DNA of 63,401 nt, the filler included, from Pseudobdellovibrionaceae bacterium (lineage in GTDB: Bacteria; Bdellovibrionota; Bdellovibrionia; Bdellovibrionales; UBA1609): assembly GCA_030591685.1 (NCBI GenBank). It is 11 parts of 11 records of this genome, joined end to end, with 100 filler letters (N's around TTAATTAATTAA, not from the genome) between each part and the next. Parts side by side here need not be neighbours in the genome. Positions count along the whole stretch, not along the records: positions 60,275 to 63,401 come from JAUVAX010000086.1; 10 more parts are not named here. One strand, given 5' to 3'. The translations under genes were made by a program, and so were the position numbers. Position 1 is the stretch's first letter. The number at the start of each line of letters is the position of its first letter. A model generated the notes under the pieces. That model saw only the letters and a program-made list of their open reading frames with translations, was not told the DNA's origin and did not search any database. This document shows, piece after piece, positions 60,275-63,401 of this stretch.

Positions 60275-62582
60275 CGAGGTTATAGACGCCAGACTTTTCT
60301 TTTACTAATTTACCCTCTTTAAGCTTAGTCGGTAGGTGGAGTTGGCTTTGCTTCATGGCAAAGACCTCGTAGGGGTCTTTATCTAAAAGCCCAACAAGTA
60401 CAACCCATTTTTCACCATTTGAGACCAGTTGATGAATATGACAATCTAACTGTTCTGGCCTTTGAGGGGCTTTAGTTCGGGGTATGCCCTCGTTAGACTC
60501 ACCTAAACTAGTGCCCTCAACAGATAAAACAGACGCCATCGTGCCATCACGGTACGAAGTACACCCTTTAATGGTCCTTGTATTGTAAACATCTCTATAG
60601 AGACGTTTGAAGTCTTCATAAGGGTAGTCTTTTGGTATGTTGACAGTCTTTGACATGGCGGCATCGACGTAGCGTGAAAAAACCTCCATGGTTTTAACAT
60701 GGTCATCAATAGTTAAGTTAAAAGCCGTTGAGGCCCAGTCTTTATCAGGCTCCCAAGTGTTTTGCTCTTGGTGAAAGCGCACTCCGTAGTCTTTTACATG
60801 GGACTCTTTTAACAACCCTCGGGATTGATCAAACTTCCAGACTTCATCTTTAAATTTTGTGACAAGCATGTTTTCGTCGCCCTCGGCAGTCCACTCCCAA
60901 TTTGTTTCAGGGCCGTTGATAGTATAGGACTTACCTTGCCAGTTTATGTCTTTAGGTACACCTAAGCCCTCAGGTGAGTAGGGCTGCATAGAGGTCCTCG
61001 TGTACTCAGTCATAAACAGAGGCTCTAGGCCGCCAGAAACATTGTTGGCAAAAACAGAGCTATTGCCTGTGGGTTGTATAGATAAAAGATGACTATTACG
61101 TATACCGTATTTTTTTATTTTTAATTTTGTTTCAGGGCTTAATTTTTTAACAAACTGACCCTCTAAATATTTACCTTCATCGTATAGGGGAAAGCAGCCC
61201 TTTTCTTTAGCTAAATCGGCAGAGGTTTGATAGGCGGTGTTCATTATAAACGCTCCCAATTTGCTCGTGAGTTTTAATGCCTCATCAGAGCCATAGCGAA
61301 CCTTAAGCATCATTAACGCTGACCCGTAACCTAAAATACCTAAACCGATGCGGCGTTTTTGTTGGAGGCTTTCTTTTTGCTCTGGCAAAGGGACTAGGGT
61401 TTTATCATTTACGTTGTCCATAAACCGCACAGCAGAGGTGATGGTTTCGGCGAGTTTATCAAACTGCCAAGTTGTGTTTTTTGTATCTACAAACTGAGTT
61501 AAATTGAGTGAGCCCAGTAAGCAACACCCACCCACAGGTAATACTTGTTCACCACAAGGGTTAGTGGCGTTAATGTGCTCAGCGTAGTAAAGGTTATTAA
61601 GGTTATTAATAGTGTCGTTAAATAAAATCCCCGGCTCGTTGCGGTTATAAGTAGACTTCATGATTAAGTCCCATAGCTCACTAGCACTTTCGTAGGTTTT
61701 ATAAACTACTACAGGTAGGCCCTTTGCCTTCCATGAGGTTAAGTTACCGTCCCAGTGGGTTTTATAGTCAGGCTTAGCGGTTTCATAGTCGGGGAACTCT
61801 AGGTGCCAGGGCTTATTGGCCTCAACAGCGGCCATAAACTCATCCGATACAAGTACAGACATATTAAATTTAGTCAGTCGGCCAGGGGTTTGTTTGGCTG
61901 TAATGTATTCTTCAATGTCGGGGTGAAACACGGACATTGTCACCATCTGTGCGCCTTTTCGGATTTTCTTTTTACCTTTTTGATTTGTTTTTTTAATCCC
62001 ACTGCCAGCAGTAATAACGGCACTTTGGGAGTCCCACATTTCTAGTAACTTAACGGCCCCGGGGGAGTCCCCACCAATGCCTTCAACAAAGGCCCCTCGG
62101 GGCCTCATGACGTCCGCACAAAAACCGTACCCGCCTTCGGATTTTAAAATAAGCGCCTGTCTGCGGAGTTCATCCATGATGCTCTCCATAGAGTCCTGGT
62201 TTTCGCCCCTAAAACCACTCACAAAACAATTTATATATGTTGTACCCTTTAACCCTGTACCGGCGTTAGAGGTGATTCGACCGCCGGGGACAAATTTAAA
62301 GTCCTCTAATATATCTAAAAATTTATCCTGCCATAAAGCTTGCAGCTCTGGTTTTTCTACTGAGGCTAAATCTTTAGCCATAGCCATGTGGCGATCGTTA
62401 ATATCGTTTTCGCCGACGTACTTGTAAGTGAGTTCAAAGACCTCTTTTGAAAAGTCATCAGTGAATTGAGTGTTTCGCTTACGAGCGGACGACTTTACAG
62501 CAGGGGTAGCTGAGTTTTGAGGATTTTTGTTAAAAGAGGGCTCACGCTGAGAGGGGTTACTGTTGTTATATTCTAATTCCAT
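60275..62582 (-). CDS. nrdJ: class II (B12-dependent) ribonucleotide reductase (3' truncated)
   Basis: FVPGGRI, NCFV, FNMSV, EPG, TNPCGEQ, RRIGLG, IQPTG, SKTVN. Confidence 0.9.
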
Positions 62583-63401
62583 GAATGTGCCTTTTTTTGA
62601 CTGAACTGTTATGAGTTTGTTTTTTTAAAAACTATAGCTTTTAAAATTTGATGGATTAACTATTCCAAGCACTGAGTAAGACTTCAAGTGGAATTTAAAA
62701 GTTTTTAAAACCCCCAAATCTTTGCTTAAAGAAATTGCAATTGAGCTGTTTTTACTCAAAGATCTAAAGCTAAATTAGACCTGGTTTTTAGAGGTTTTTT
62801 TGAGGTGTGCTTTAGTTGTTTGATAAAGAAATCAAGTATTTAACACGGCTTGTTCAAAGAGCCCTTAAGCCCTCAATAGGCTTAGGCGGTGGGGGAGGGA
62901 GGGGTATAAATATAACTCGGCGCTGAATTTAATAAAAGACTTTGTTTACAGGACATCTGGTGACTAAATTTTGCGCAGCTCAGGTTTTAGACATATTGCA
63001 GCTTTAGTAATATTTAAAGCTCTTTTTTAAAAAATTACAAAATAGTAACAAAAAGAGACATAGTAGTAAGTCTACGGGTGCCACCTATGCGTTTAGTGTA
63101 AATAGGGGGGGCGCTAGTAAAAAGAGGGTCAAAAACTACGGTACTAAAGGGCTTAATTTAGTGTGAAGTTTTATGGTTTTAAAATTTCTTTCTTATGAAG
63201 GCTATTGTTTCAACCGAAAAGTTAGGGGTGAAACATCTTTTTAAAACTATTACTAATATGGGAGTTCATAGGGGCCTTACGCCAGTCTTTTCTAAGAGAG
63301 TCGCCTATGCAAATCAATATGCTTTTATATTGGGATTTACAATTTTACTTTATAGTTGCATATATTTTTACTTGGAAATGTACATTATTTCTTTATACTT
63401 A

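Overview
AT-rich bacterial DNA, most likely a Bdellovibrionota-type genome bin. This placement is inferred from FxNC-type lipoproteins, the TIGR03545/TIGR03546 pair, the caa3 oxidase cluster and many secreted hypothetical proteins. The window is not contiguous: 11 contigs are joined by ten artificial 100-bp N/TTAATTAATTAA/N linkers, and three pairs of contig ends share exact 127-bp overlaps. Housekeeping content: coaE, Ser/Thr kinase, M3 peptidase, nadK, recN, glnS, a caa3 oxidase operon split over two contigs, rpsN, pdxJ, a DHH phosphoesterase, secA, trmL, glnB-glnA, fliA, nrdJ, tRNA-Val and a probable 6S RNA. Main points of interest: (1) a cluster of nitroreductase, ThiF, FeeM-like N-acyl amino acid synthase fused to PilZ, ABC ATPase and outer-membrane protein, resembling a split, c-di-GMP-gated oxazolone/N-acyl amino acid pathway, with a second synthase-PilZ paralog; (2) unrelated secreted proteins sharing a terminal C-x-x-[LI]-F tag, two of them behind sigma-54 promoters; (3) two integrase-free toxin-antitoxin islets stacked at one gene end and bounded by 213-bp, ~36-bp and 14-bp direct repeats; (4) a BFD ferredoxin gene frameshifted at an A9 tract. 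All family calls come from motif recognition by eye, not database searches.
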